From a virus (Duplodnaviria > Caudoviricetes), in the IMG/VR virus record IMGVR_UViG_3300046779_000136, positions 1 through 32,469 of that record: a DNA stretch of 32,469 nucleotides. One strand, given 5' to 3'. The position numbers were made by a program, and so were the translations under genes. The notes under the pieces were generated by a model. That model worked only from the letters and a program-made list of their open reading frames with translations. It had not been told where the DNA came from and made no database searches. Position 1 is the stretch's first letter; each line of letters opens with the position of its first letter. Below, in pieces: positions 24,513 to 32,469 of the stretch.

Positions 24513-24887
24513 GTGATAAGATTAATTAAGGGTCAAACCCAAAACATAATACTCACTTTGACTGAGAAGCAGCTTTTAACAAGTCCTAACTATCTATTTA
24601 TTTTCGAGAATAGAAGCACAAATACGGACATCAAATTTGTTAAGTTAAACAATACGGATATAAGTGCTTACAAGGATAGGTATAACGAGTTTAGCATTGT
24701 AGTTAATAGCTACTTTAATACGTCTTTAAACGGGCAATATACCTACACAATCTACGAGCAAACAAGTACTACCAACACAGACCCGACAGGCTTAAACTTG
24801 CTTGAAACAGGCATTATGGAACTTGAGGGAACAACTATATCATTCACAGAATACGAAACAACAAGCACATTCACAATTAGACAATAA
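24513..24887 (+). CDS. Virion structural protein (head closure/Ig-like candidate)
   Basis: Beta-rich, 124 aa, GTG start, coupled to the portal gene. Confidence 0.55.
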   Translation: MIRLIKGQTQNIILTLTEKQLLTSPNYLFIFENRSTNTDIKFVKLNNTDISAYKDRYNEFSIVVNSYFNTSLNGQYTYTIYEQTSTTNTDPTGLNLLETGIMELEGTTISFTEYETTSTFTIRQ

Positions 24888-26866
24888 TGGAAATACAAGT
24901 ATTGACATTTGCGGAAGCAAAGCAACCAGAATATAAAGAGAAAAAAGGCGAAGGGTATATGCAGTATGGTCAAAACAATGACTATCCGCAATACCTATTA
25001 GACCTATTTAACAAATCTGCAAAGCATAACGCTATCATTCGTGGCAAGGTAAACTACATTGTCGGCAATGGTTGGGCAGGAGAACAAGCGATTGTTCAAA
25101 AGGTAAATAGAGAAGAGACCCTTAACGACCTTACCAAAAAGGTTGCTTTAGATTTAGAACTATTTGGTGGTGCTTATATCCAAGTTATTTGGAGTGTTAT
25201 AGGCGGTCAAGTAGCTGAGTTGTGGCATTGTGATTATACAAAGATTAGAACCAATAAAGACAATACTCAATTTTGGTACAAAGAAGATTGGAAGGCTACA
25301 CGCAACCAAGAAAAAGCTGAGATATATAATGCGTTTAACCCTGCTAACCCACAAGGAGTGCAGATACTTTATGTAAAAGAGTATCGCCCAGGAATGAACG
25401 TTTATAGCCTTCCTGGTTATTTCGGTGCGCTTAACTATATCGAAAGTGATGTAGAAGTAAGTAAGCACGTTTTAGGAAATGCTCAAACAGGCTTTAGTGC
25501 AAGTAAACTTATTACTTTACCAAACGGAGAGCCAAGTCCTGACGAGAAACGTGCAGTAAGTAGACAGTTCGATAATATGTATACGGGTGCAGACGGCAAG
25601 AAGTATTTACTTGCTTTTGTAAACGATGCAACTCGTAAGCCTATTATTGATGATTTAGGTGCGAGTGATTTAACTAAAGAGGACTTTAGCCGTGTAGACG
25701 AACTTATACAAACTAACATTTTTAGTGGACACCAAATTACAAGTCCTGACTTGTTTGGTATTGCAACTCCAGGTCAATTAGGTAGCAGACAACAGATGCG
25801 TGATAGCTACGAAATATTCCGTAACACTTACGTTCACTACAAACAAATGCAGATTGAAGGTGTGTTTAATATGCTTGGTCAATATGCAGGAGTTACAGAA
25901 GAATTAAAGCTTCAGCCAGTAGACCCAATCGGTATTGACTTTAGCGAAAGCGTAATTAAGGAAGTAGCACCTAAAGAATGGATATTAGAGAAGTTAGGTA
26001 TCGACCCTACTAAATACGGATTGCCTATTGAAAGTGAGCAACCAATGGCAGCAAGTCCTTTAAGTGTGAATGAACATATCAAAGGCTTGAAAGGTCGTGA
26101 GTGGCAGAATATGCAACGTATTATTAGAGACTTTAACAAGGGAAAGATAACAAGAGAACAAGCAAGTTCAATGTTAAAGGGTGGTTATGCTTTAAGCGAT
26201 GAAGAGGTAGCTACTTGGTTAGGTTCGGAAGAGTTAGAGTTTAGCGAAGAAGATTACAAGATATTCTATGAGTTTGGAGAAGATAGAGAGCAATTTGAAG
26301 TATTCAAAAGTAAGACAAGATTTAGCGATGATGACGACTACCAAACATTTGCTGATGTAAACCAATTAGAAGCAAACGTATTAGACCAAATTAGCAAACA
26401 AAAGAATATTACAACAGATGTTTTAGCCGATGTTTTAAAGGTTACTATACCTGAAATTGTTGCTATCTTAAAAAGCTTAGAAGAAAGAAATATCATTAAA
26501 ACTATTTCTAAGACAATAGGCAAGGGCGATAATTCAAATGTAATTATAGAGAGAGAATTAGTAAAGCCATTAGGTGTAACAGTTGGTGCAGTAAAACCTA
26601 CAACAACAGAAATATTAATTCGTTATTCTTACGAGTGGAAGTCAGGATTTAGCAATGCTAATAAAGGCACAAGCAGACCATTCTGCGTACACTTATTAGA
26701 AGCTAAGAAGATGTATAGCCGTAGCGAGATTGAATCAATGAGTGCAAGGCTTGGTTATAGTGTTTGGAATAGAGGTGGCGGTTGGTATACAGTAAAAGGA
26801 ACTAACATTCACGAGCCAAGTTGTAGACACGAGTGGAAAACAAACGTAGTAACGAGAAAAAAATAA
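24887..26866 (+). CDS. Portal protein with long C-terminal extension
   Basis: N-terminal ~390 aa portal-like (YG..NDYP.YL..L...S..HNAII, Y.LP.Y.GAL.YI, GH.ITSP.LFG); C-terminus has a wHTH-like segment and SRPFC...GGW...CRHEW. Confidence 0.8.
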   Translation: MEIQVLTFAEAKQPEYKEKKGEGYMQYGQNNDYPQYLLDLFNKSAKHNAIIRGKVNYIVGNGWAGEQAIVQKVNREETLNDLTKKVALDLELFGGAYIQVIWSVIGGQVAELWHCDYTKIRTNKDNTQFWYKEDWKATRNQEKAEIYNAFNPANPQGVQILYVKEYRPGMNVYSLPGYFGALNYIESDVEVSKHVLGNAQTGFSASKLITLPNGEPSPDEKRAVSRQFDNMYTGADGKKYLLAFVNDATRKPIIDDLGASDLTKEDFSRVDELIQTNIFSGHQITSPDLFGIATPGQLGSRQQMRDSYEIFRNTYVHYKQMQIEGVFNMLGQYAGVTEELKLQPVDPIGIDFSESVIKEVAPKEWILEKLGIDPTKYGLPIESEQPMAASPLSVNEHIKGLKGREWQNMQRIIRDFNKGKITREQASSMLKGGYALSDEEVATWLGSEELEFSEEDYKIFYEFGEDREQFEVFKSKTRFSDDDDYQTFADVNQLEANVLDQISKQKNITTDVLADVLKVTIPEIVAILKSLEERNIIKTISKTIGKGDNSNVIIERELVKPLGVTVGAVKPTTTEILIRYSYEWKSGFSNANKGTSRPFCVHLLEAKKMYSRSEIESMSARLGYSVWNRGGGWYTVKGTNIHEPSCRHEWKTNVVTRKK

Positions 26867-26869
26867 GAA

Positions 26870-27451
26870 ATGAGCTTAAACACATTATTCATAAGCGTAC
26901 AGAATATTAAAGACCGCTCTGGCTTACACGCTAACGTAGACGAGAAACTTGTGCTTCCTGAAATCAAGACCGCACAAGATATGTATATCTTACCTGCGCT
27001 TGGAAGTGCATTATACAACCGCTTACAAGCAGGTATTACGGCTAACAACTTGACTGTTCCTGAAGTAACTTTATTAGATAACTACATTGCAGATACTTTG
27101 GTTCACTATGTACTTAGCGAGTTGCCTATGGGTTTGTCTTATCAGTTCTACAACAAAGGCTTATTAAGGAAGAGTGGAGAGAATACCGAGAACCCTTCTA
27201 TGCAAGATATGATTGACGTGGCGAATAGATATAAGGCTCGTGCGGAGTTCTACAAGCAAAGAATGATTAAATACTTAAAAGAATATTCTACGACCTATCC
27301 TGAGTACCTCAACCCTGGAAGTGGCATTGATGCAATACACCCTGACAATGATGCTTACACAACGAGCATCTGGCTTGGCGATTACGATTGCTGCGCAGGT
27401 AAAAGCTTTGAGGAACTATATCAAGGAGATAAAGGTTGTAGTGGCTGTTAA
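26870..27451 (+). CDS. Probable head-tail adaptor
   Basis: Helical protein after the portal; I..AQD.YI.P.LG..LY motif. Confidence 0.6.
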   Translation: MSLNTLFISVQNIKDRSGLHANVDEKLVLPEIKTAQDMYILPALGSALYNRLQAGITANNLTVPEVTLLDNYIADTLVHYVLSELPMGLSYQFYNKGLLRKSGENTENPSMQDMIDVANRYKARAEFYKQRMIKYLKEYSTTYPEYLNPGSGIDAIHPDNDAYTTSIWLGDYDCCAGKSFEELYQGDKGCSGC

Positions 27452-27453
27452 AT

Positions 27454-27585
27454 ATGAGTAAAGTAACAACAATAAAAAACCAAAATAAGCTTCGTGTTTA
27501 TTTAGAAAAAATTAAGAATGAGCCTGACGTTAAACCAAATAGTAAAGCAAATAACGACACTCGGAAACGACCACGAACAAATTAA
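27454..27585 (+). CDS. 43-aa basic peptide (not in ORF track)
   Basis: MSKVTTIKNQNKLRVYLEKIKNE... starts 2 nt after the upstream stop and fills the gap. Confidence 0.45.
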   Translation: MSKVTTIKNQNKLRVYLEKIKNEPDVKPNSKANNDTRKRPRTN

Positions 27586-27961
27586 CTTTGTTTACTTCGG
27601 AGATGTGTGGGAGCGTTTAAGCAATGGCGAGGTTACTTACCCTGCTATGTTCTACACTTTAACGGGTGCTAACATTCAAGCAAAGCAAATAGAGTATCAA
27701 TTTAGTTTGTACTTTATGGACAGAATGCTTATGGAAGAGACCAACGAAACCGAGGTTTTATCCGATATGACTTTAGTCGGTCAAGACATAGTAGCGCAGT
27801 TACGTTACCCTAAAGCAATTTGGGATATTGGCGACAATGCAGCTATTACGTTTTTTACCGAAAGCGACCCTGACTATCTTGCAGGAGTTAAGATAGATAT
27901 AACAATGCAATTACCTTACCTAAACGATAGATGCCAAGTGCCTTCTATTTATACATACTAA
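27518..27961 (+). CDS. Probable tail terminator/completion protein
   Basis: Acidic, 147 aa, YPAMF motif and alpha/beta pattern; neck-module position. Confidence 0.6.
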   Translation: MSLTLNQIVKQITTLGNDHEQINFVYFGDVWERLSNGEVTYPAMFYTLTGANIQAKQIEYQFSLYFMDRMLMEETNETEVLSDMTLVGQDIVAQLRYPKAIWDIGDNAAITFFTESDPDYLAGVKIDITMQLPYLNDRCQVPSIYTY

Positions 27962-27962
27962 A

Positions 27963-30900
27963 ATGATAGGAAAAAAGATTAACCAATTAGCTACCGAGTT
28001 AGCACCTGCGAGTACCGATTTAACTATTATAGGCAACCCAACAACTGGCGTAAGTAAGAAGATTACACTTGCTCAGTTAGGGGCGATATTTAGCGGTGCA
28101 GTTAGCTTCTATACTAACTATGCTTCGTTCCCTGCAACTGGAACTACTGATGTTATTTTTTGTGCTAAAGACACACAGAAGCTTTATTTATGGAGTGGCT
28201 CTGCTTATGTAGAGGTGTTCCCTTCACAAGCTTTATTAGATACTTATCAGCTAAGAAGTGAAAAGGGCAACGCTAATGGTTATGCTTCATTGGATAGTCA
28301 AGGTAAAGTTCCTATCAGTCAGCTACCGAGTTCTATTATGGAATACAAAGGAACTTGGAGTGCAGCGACTAACACACCGACACTTGCAAACGGAACGGGC
28401 GACACGGGAGATGTTTATATTTGTAATGCAGCAGGTAGCGTGAACTTCGGAGCAGGTGCGATTAGTTTTGCGGTAGGAGATTATGTGATTTATTCAGGAA
28501 CTATCTGGCAGCGTTCAAGCGGTGCGGTAGGTACTGTAACAAGCGTAGCTGCAACTATTACTGGCGATAGTGTTACAATTAGTGGAAGCCCTGTAACAAC
28601 ATCGGGAACTTTAGCTTTTGCTTTTGCAGGTACGGGAGCGCAGTATATTAAAGGAGACGGAACACTTGCTACTTTCCCTACAACAATCGACCAAGCTAAA
28701 AACTTAATTACTGAAGTTTACAATAGCACAGGTGCGACTTTAACAAAGGGAACAGTAGTTTATATCAATGGCGGTCAAGGTAACTTGCCAACAGTTACTA
28801 AGGCTCTTGCAAGTGGCGATAGCACAAGCGCACAAACTTACGGCATCGTACAAGCGGATATTACAAACAACAACAATGGCTTTGTAGTAGTAGCAGGTAG
28901 ATTAAGCGACATAGACACACAAGCTTATAGCGTAGGCACTCAACTTTATTTGAGTTCTACAACTGCGGGTGCTTATACAAGTACAAAACAATACGCTCCT
29001 GCTCACTTAGTTTATGTAGGTATAATTGTACGTTCACACCCAACGCAAGGTATTATCGAAGTTAAAATACAGAACGGCTACGAGTTAGACGAACTTCACA
29101 ACGTCGCTGCTCAAACACCTTCAAACAATGACGGGTTGTTTTGGGAAGCATCAACAAGCCTTTGGAAAAATAAAAGCTTATCTACAATCTTAGGTGGTAC
29201 TCCTGTTTTCGGCTCAGGTACTCAAAATAGATTAGCAAGGTGGAGTTCAACTTCTGGAGAATTAATTAATAGTGGCATACAAGATACTGGCGGTAGTATT
29301 ACTAACGTGCTTACAACGGCAGGTCAATATGCTTGGCAGTTTAACGGAAGTACATCAACGGGATTGTCTTATGGTGCTTTAATTGTAGCAGGTACAAATG
29401 CAAGTGATGTATCGTTTAAGATTATGAATGCAAGTGCCACAAGTGCTTACTTATATATGTGGGGAGATGGCAGATTGCAGGTTAATAACATACCAAACGC
29501 TACTACTGACACGGATACATTTTTAGTAAGCGATAGCGGTGTTATTAAATACAGAACGGGTGCAGAGTTATTAAGCGACATCGGTGCTGCAAGTGCAAGT
29601 GGTTACGTTCCATACACGGGCGCAACAACAAACTTAAATTTAGGAAGTAACAATTTAACGGCTGCTGCTATCACAGGAACAAGTGCAAGAATTACAACAC
29701 TTGCAGGTAGCGTTTATGCAGATGTTAATGGTAACTTAGGCACTACTTCAGGAACTCAAGACACGCTTACTTATTGGGCATCTCAATATAGTATCGCTTC
29801 ACTTTCTACATCTACTTACCCTTCTTTAACGGAGTTAAGTTATGTTAAGGGAGTAACGAGTTCTATTCAAACGCAGTTAAACGCAAAGCAAAATACTTTA
29901 ACTAATCCAGTAACGGGTACAGGTACTACTAACTACCTACCTAAGTTTACAGGTGCAAGTACAATAGGTAATAGCTTAGTATTTGATAATGGAACTAATG
30001 TTGGAATCGGTACTGCATCTCCAGGATATCTTTTAGATGTTGCAGGAGCTTCACGTTCTGATTATCATATTTTACGTTCTAACCAATCAGCACCAACGGC
30101 AGATGCTTTTATATTCAGACCTGCCGATAATACAGTTGCATTTGGTACTGCAAATACCGAGCGTATGCGTCTTGACGCTTCAGGCAATTTAGGATTAGGA
30201 GTTACACCGAGTGCGTGGGGAACGGCTGCATCTACAAGAGCAATGCAAATAGGTGGAGCAATGACTTTATTTGCTCAAACAAATTCAGGTAGTCAATATA
30301 GTTGGGTTACTGCAAATGCTTATCAAAATTCAGGTTTAGCTTTTGAATATATTACTTCAACTTATGCAAGTGCTTATAGACAATTAGATGGTTCTCACGC
30401 TTGGTTAACCGCAGGAAGTGGAACGGCAGGTAACGCTATATCCTTTACCCAAGCAATGACGTTAAACGCTTCAGGTAATTTATCAATAGGAAACACTAAC
30501 AACACCTATAAACTTGATGTTAATGGCACTGCAAGATTTAATAGTGGAGTAACTGGAGGTTCAATTATATTTGATGCAGCTACTAATTATGGATTGATAC
30601 AAGATGCTAATAGCGTTAGTAGAATATGGTTTGAAAATACAGGTTCATATAGAACTTTATTTGATTTACCATCAGCAGGAACTTCATTTGCTTTTAGAAC
30701 GAACTCTGGAACAATTATTGCATCTATCACAAGTAGCGGAGCAGCTACATTCTCAAGTAGTGTAACAGTAAATGGTACAATTCCTGCAACAAGTGGTAAG
30801 TTATCTGTTTTAACTTCTACAAGTACTTTAGGGGCAACTCAAGAATTAGGTTTGTTAATATCAAATGATGGTTCTACTGGTAAATTAGCACAAATTGGTT

Positions 30901-31529
30901 TTGGTTATTCAGAGTCAAGAAGTGCAGCAGTTATAGGTGGTGTTATTTCAAATGGGTCAGGTGCTACAACTTCTGATTTATTTTTTGCAACAAGAAGCAC
31001 AACAACAGGAAGCGATGCACCTACCGAACGTATGCGCATAACAAGTGGGGGACAAGTTGGAATTGGAACAAGCAGTTTAAATACAGCTGATACTTTAACA
31101 GTAAAGACTACAACATCAGGATATAATCCATTACGAGCAATAGGTTTAACTGATGGAATAGTTGTACAAACTACACAAACAAGCGGAACTTCTTATTTTA
31201 ATTATTTCATTTATAATGGTAGTGCAGTTGGTTCTATAACATCGACAGGTTCAAGTACCGCTTACAATACATCTTCCGACTATCGCCTTAAACAAGATTT
31301 CAAAGATTATAGTGGTCTTGATTTAGTAAATAAAATTAAGACATACGATTACGAATGGAAGGCAGATAAAACCCGTTCTTATGGTGTTATTGCACACGAA
31401 TTACAATCAGTAATTAACTATGCAGTAACAGGAGTAAAAGACGGAAAGGAAATGCAAGGCGTAGATTATAGCAAAATAGTACCTGTACTTATTAAAGCAA
31501 TTCAAGAATTAAACGATAAAATAAAATAA
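27963..31529 (+). CDS. Tail fibre with C-terminal intramolecular chaperone (Peptidase S74)
   Basis: G/T/S-rich repeats (NVGIGT, TERMR); SDYRLK autocleavage motif, GVIAHEL, VDYSKIVPVLIKAIQEL. Confidence 0.92.
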   Translation: MIGKKINQLATELAPASTDLTIIGNPTTGVSKKITLAQLGAIFSGAVSFYTNYASFPATGTTDVIFCAKDTQKLYLWSGSAYVEVFPSQALLDTYQLRSEKGNANGYASLDSQGKVPISQLPSSIMEYKGTWSAATNTPTLANGTGDTGDVYICNAAGSVNFGAGAISFAVGDYVIYSGTIWQRSSGAVGTVTSVAATITGDSVTISGSPVTTSGTLAFAFAGTGAQYIKGDGTLATFPTTIDQAKNLITEVYNSTGATLTKGTVVYINGGQGNLPTVTKALASGDSTSAQTYGIVQADITNNNNGFVVVAGRLSDIDTQAYSVGTQLYLSSTTAGAYTSTKQYAPAHLVYVGIIVRSHPTQGIIEVKIQNGYELDELHNVAAQTPSNNDGLFWEASTSLWKNKSLSTILGGTPVFGSGTQNRLARWSSTSGELINSGIQDTGGSITNVLTTAGQYAWQFNGSTSTGLSYGALIVAGTNASDVSFKIMNASATSAYLYMWGDGRLQVNNIPNATTDTDTFLVSDSGVIKYRTGAELLSDIGAASASGYVPYTGATTNLNLGSNNLTAAAITGTSARITTLAGSVYADVNGNLGTTSGTQDTLTYWASQYSIASLSTSTYPSLTELSYVKGVTSSIQTQLNAKQNTLTNPVTGTGTTNYLPKFTGASTIGNSLVFDNGTNVGIGTASPGYLLDVAGASRSDYHILRSNQSAPTADAFIFRPADNTVAFGTANTERMRLDASGNLGLGVTPSAWGTAASTRAMQIGGAMTLFAQTNSGSQYSWVTANAYQNSGLAFEYITSTYASAYRQLDGSHAWLTAGSGTAGNAISFTQAMTLNASGNLSIGNTNNTYKLDVNGTARFNSGVTGGSIIFDAATNYGLIQDANSVSRIWFENTGSYRTLFDLPSAGTSFAFRTNSGTIIASITSSGAATFSSSVTVNGTIPATSGKLSVLTSTSTLGATQELGLLISNDGSTGKLAQIGFGYSESRSAAVIGGVISNGSGATTSDLFFATRSTTTGSDAPTERMRITSGGQVGIGTSSLNTADTLTVKTTTSGYNPLRAIGLTDGIVVQTTQTSGTSYFNYFIYNGSAVGSITSTGSSTAYNTSSDYRLKQDFKDYSGLDLVNKIKTYDYEWKADKTRSYGVIAHELQSVINYAVTGVKDGKEMQGVDYSKIVPVLIKAIQELNDKIK

Positions 31530-31530
31530 T

Positions 31531-31860
31531 ATGACAACTTTTAAATGGGTAGTATCGCAAATGGACACCGCACCGAGCGAAGATGGTTTAACCGATGTAG
31601 TTAAAGTAGTGCATTGGCGTTATCAAGCAGAGCAAGTAGACGGAGATAAAACTTACAACGCTGAGGTATACGGAGCAATGGGTTGCGCTACACCTTCAGA
31701 CACGGACTTTACTGCTTATGACGATTTAACCTTCGACCAAGTATGCGAGTGGTTAGTAGCAGGAAACGACGTAGATGCTATGGAGTTAAACTTAGATACT
31801 CAAATCGAGAACCTAAAGAACCCACCAATAATTCAATTGCCTCTACCTTGGGATAAATAA
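31531..31860 (+). CDS. Tail-fibre-associated protein
   Basis: Acidic, 109 aa, directly after the fibre; VHWRY, FTAYDDLT, LPW. Confidence 0.6.
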   Translation: MTTFKWVVSQMDTAPSEDGLTDVVKVVHWRYQAEQVDGDKTYNAEVYGAMGCATPSDTDFTAYDDLTFDQVCEWLVAGNDVDAMELNLDTQIENLKNPPIIQLPLPWDK

Positions 31861-31887
31861 TATATCTTTACAAATAAAAAACAACGT

Positions 31888-32274
31888 ATGAAAAACAAAG
31901 ACCTATTACAATTAGTAGCAAACCTTAACGCCGTTATTGGTAGTCAGGAAACAAAAACTGCTAAGAAGCTCGTAAAAATTTATGAGAAAGTAAAACCACA
32001 TCACGAAGCATATCAAGCTGAAGTTGAGATTTTACGTTTAGACAATGCGAGTACCGATGACAAGGATTGTTTATTACTTGATGAGAAGGGGAATTATCGA
32101 TACTCTAAAGAAGGCATCAAGAAGCTGACTAAAGATATTGAAGCCTTAAATGATAAAGAATTTGATTTTCAAATAATTAACGTGGTAAACCCAGAAGGTC
32201 TTAAGGACTTTACATTCTTACAAGATTGGACTACTGGCATAGAATTTAACAAACAAGAAGAAGAAGAACTATAA
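31888..32274 (+). CDS. Hypothetical helical protein
   Basis: 128 aa, coupled to the holin-like gene. Confidence 0.7.
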   Translation: MKNKDLLQLVANLNAVIGSQETKTAKKLVKIYEKVKPHHEAYQAEVEILRLDNASTDDKDCLLLDEKGNYRYSKEGIKKLTKDIEALNDKEFDFQIINVVNPEGLKDFTFLQDWTTGIEFNKQEEEEL

Positions 32275-32444
32275 TGGCAAATAACCACCAAGCAGACCAA
32301 TCAACAATCGTTAGTGTATTTAGTGCTATTATTAGCCTATCCAATATTCAACCGCTATTCACATTGATTGCAAGTTTGGTGGCTATCGTTTCAGGTCTTA
32401 TGGCTATTCGATACTATTACAAAATGACCAAAAAGCTTAAATGA
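32274..32444 (+). CDS. 56-aa holin-like membrane protein spanning the circular junction (not in ORF track)
   Basis: MANNHQADQSTIVSVFSAIISLSNIQPLFTLIASLVAIVSGLMAIRYYYKMTKKLK: two hydrophobic segments and a basic tail; ATGA overlap with the spanin gene. Confidence 0.7.
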   Translation: MANNHQADQSTIVSVFSAIISLSNIQPLFTLIASLVAIVSGLMAIRYYYKMTKKLK

Positions 32445-32469
32445 GATTAATACTTTTAGCCTTATTACT
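32343..32469. repeat. Second copy of the 127-bp terminal overlap
   Basis: Identical to 1-127. Confidence 0.95.

Noticed and set aside
27963-31529. DGR or invertase-driven tail-fibre variation
   Set aside because: No reverse transcriptase, TR/VR pair, recombinase or inverted cassette was seen.
99-32274. Stop-codon reassignment
   Set aside because: Genes tile densely in the standard code, and TAA, TAG and TGA all end genes at sensible junctions.

Overview
The window is very probably a complete, circularly assembled ~32.3 kb tailed-phage genome. Bases 1-127 repeat exactly at 32343-32469, as expected of an assembly overlap. Every credible gene is on the + strand, and no integrase, repressor or DNA polymerase is recognisable. 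TAnnTTTG promoter elements and A-rich leaders without Shine-Dalgarno sites point to a Bacteroidota host (inference). Gene order: lysis (holin-like, u-spanin, GH24 lysozyme); exonuclease and GNAT; early/replication block (ERF, DnaA-C-like, DUF1376-type initiator with iterons, VRR-NUC, ECF-like sigma factor); glycosyltransferase, HNH and methyltransferase; terminase; a second early island; then a permuted virion block (tail chaperone with -1 frameshift, tail proteins, tape measure, XkdF-like protease, scaffold, capsid, tail tube, extended portal, adaptor, terminator, tail fibre with S74 chaperone). The most unusual signals are non-coding. (1) A 154-nt tRNA-scaffold RNA whose anticodon arm is replaced by a ~100-nt folded insert, apparently inserted at a gene junction. 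(2) A kissing-loop/terminator leader directly in front of the replication initiator. (3) Accessory cassettes bounded by direct repeats that contain the downstream start codon. (4) An ATATTTA motif at fixed spacing before late genes. (5) Three TGYAC-N8-GTRCA palindromes at the early promoter. All family calls come from motifs read by eye; no database search was run.
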